Source: Spirogloea muscicola
Lineage: Eukaryota
Length of the DNA stretch: 64,000 nt
Direction of reading: 5' to 3'
Assembly (NCBI GenBank): GCA_009602725.1
Contig: WELB01000019.1
Coordinates: 435,219 to 499,218 of the forward strand
Positions 62,224 to 64,000 of this stretch are shown here, piece by piece (position 1 is the first letter of the stretch; every line of letters starts with the position of its first letter). The translations under genes were made by a program, and so were the position numbers. The notes beneath the pieces were generated by a model. That model worked only from the letters and a program-made list of their open reading frames with translations. It was not told where the DNA came from and did not search any database.

Positions 62224-62398
62224 CCACTCTCATTCAGGCACAAGAGTCCAGCAATTAACATCTATAAGTACTGATGTATGTTTGCTTGCTCGCTTACAGC
62301 AATTGAGGGCGGCATAATGCTCAATTTGTAATTGCTCACGTTCAGGCACGGAAATTCTAGCAATTGACATCTATGATTCTGATGTGCACTTGCTGCTT
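62180..62398. repeat. Imperfect tandem duplication of about 110 bp covering the HMGCL stop and 3' UTR
   Basis: GCTTACA..AATT..GAGGGCGGCATA.TGCTCA...TTCAGGCAC...AGCAATT.ACATCTAT...CTGATGT occurs at about 62182 and again at about 62292. Confidence 0.7.
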
Positions 62399-64000
62399 AG
62401 TACGGCTGGCTGCTGCGAGCTGATCCACTGTACTGTCCTAGCCTGTCATGAAGAAGCTGGCACATAATTTGGCTGTGATGTTTGTGGAGCTCACAAAGAC
62501 GTGATATATATGTGTAGCTTGCTCATGGGCTACCTCAAAGGTGGCATGGTCGAGAGGTTACAAGTATATATTGTTCTCTTGTGAACGTTATAGGCCATAC
62601 ATACATCTTCGACAGTGTTATACTAAAGCTTGATGGAAGCAGGATTGACCTTTACATTTCTGCTCTATACTTGTCATATTGTAGAGGCTCGTTCTCCACC
62701 TTCGACAGCGTTGAAATTTGTTAACGGAAGCAGGAATAATACAGCATATGATTTGGCAAATAGCTATCATCTGATAAGTGCTTAAGACTAAGCTATCATC
62801 TGATAAGTGCTTAAGACAAGAAGCCTCATGATTCTGCAATGCACAAATGCTCTGTTGACAACATGAGACCCTCAATGAGCACAGCTCGATACATGTGGGG
62901 ATCAGCATACCTGCTTCGGAGATAAAGTATCTTTCACAGTAGTATACATTGAGTTGGTTCTGGGAAATTCCTAAGCTAATGTAAGATTGTCCAGTGACTT
63001 AATAGTACAGCTTTCATGCAATGACAGTCAAGCATGTAGGAGCTGCAAGGTTCTGCTCCCTTAGCTCCATTCTGTGCAGGCGTGCTAAGGGCTACTAATC
63101 TCTACTGTTGCTCTGCTGCAATAAAGAAGCCCCAAAGCCTCTGCCTGCTAAGGCAGTGAGCTGGGGGGCTTGATCTCTAGTGCAAGTGGCAACTGTGCAT
63201 TGTCTACACATTAGTGATACACCACGCCTGACACTGAGTATAGCGGAGCTGCTCGGAGTGATCAATGTGGGTAGGCAGAAAGATGAATTGGAAGGGCCTG
63301 GGGACAGTGGCTTGCAAGACAAGTAGCTCTGCACGTACGCCATTCCTCGGAGTTGCAAGACCTGCAGCTTTTTAGGATGGATGGTGCTCTCGCAAAGGAT
63401 GGAGGACCTCAAAGTTGATGGATGCAAGCTGGGACAGATTCTGCAACACAGTAGCTCTCAGGATGTAAGGGCTGGGCATATAACGATGCACCACTGCTTC
63501 AGCTACTTCTTGGGCTCTAAGGCCAATCAAGCCAAGCAACCGTGCTTGTCCTGGAGCTGACCTGCAGAAATGACGTTCCTTGTATTCGAGCATCTTCCAA
63601 CTGTACCTGCAGGTATTGCTATTCACTAGACCAAAGCTATGTCCTGCTTGTCAAGTTATGGAGGTGACTAAGATACACAGGCTACAAGGGCCTCAGAAGA
63701 TCTACCTTAAAGGAGAAGTTGCTGAAGGCATACTTTTCAGAGGCAGTCATCCCAGAATCAATCAAACTCCCTGGATCCTCATCCTGCGATGTTCAAGTGC
63801 GAATTCGAGATGATGGATTGAAGTGTTCGAGACATACAAAGATGCTGGTTGCAAGCCATGGTCTACGATCAGTCAGAGGTCAAGGGCTCATCTGCTAAAG
63901 AGTAAGAACAAGCACGTCATAGCCTTCTTCATTGCCACAAACCTTGTTGAGATTTTTGATATGTCGTACCAGGGTTCAGAGATGAGAATTAGAGATGGCT

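Overview
Gene-dense, intron-rich eukaryotic nuclear DNA from a green-lineage organism. A streptophyte alga is inferred from the gene set, the short GT-AG introns and the very GC-rich first exons. The window has five N-gaps and about 16 protein-coding genes: a Kelch protein, UBP14, a class-3 lipase, Sec61-alpha, endosulfine, Toc64/OM64, nicalin, a VHL-domain protein, IFRD, ESV1, OTU3, FLAP1, HCF136, RPL41, an uncharacterised plastid-type protein and HMG-CoA lyase. Many of them form divergent pairs. The most striking non-gene signal is a multi-subfamily set of about 20 short, 5'-truncated non-LTR retrotransposon copies of the restriction-like endonuclease (RLE) type. They share a C-terminal peptide (R-x-S-x-x-LQR...RAGRAL...SDL-x-x-L-T/S-RG-Y/F-stop), end in pyrimidine/TTC tails rather than poly(A), and show 5-9 bp target-site duplications. 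They nest into one another and sit mostly in 5'/promoter regions of host genes. Other notable items: a degenerate organelle-type tRNA pair inside the HMG-CoA lyase gene, a PHD-finger Gypsy remnant, a Toc64 that keeps the amidase catalytic triad, and a 1-bp frameshift in UBP14. Gene coordinates span introns and were read by eye, so exon-level boundaries are approximate.
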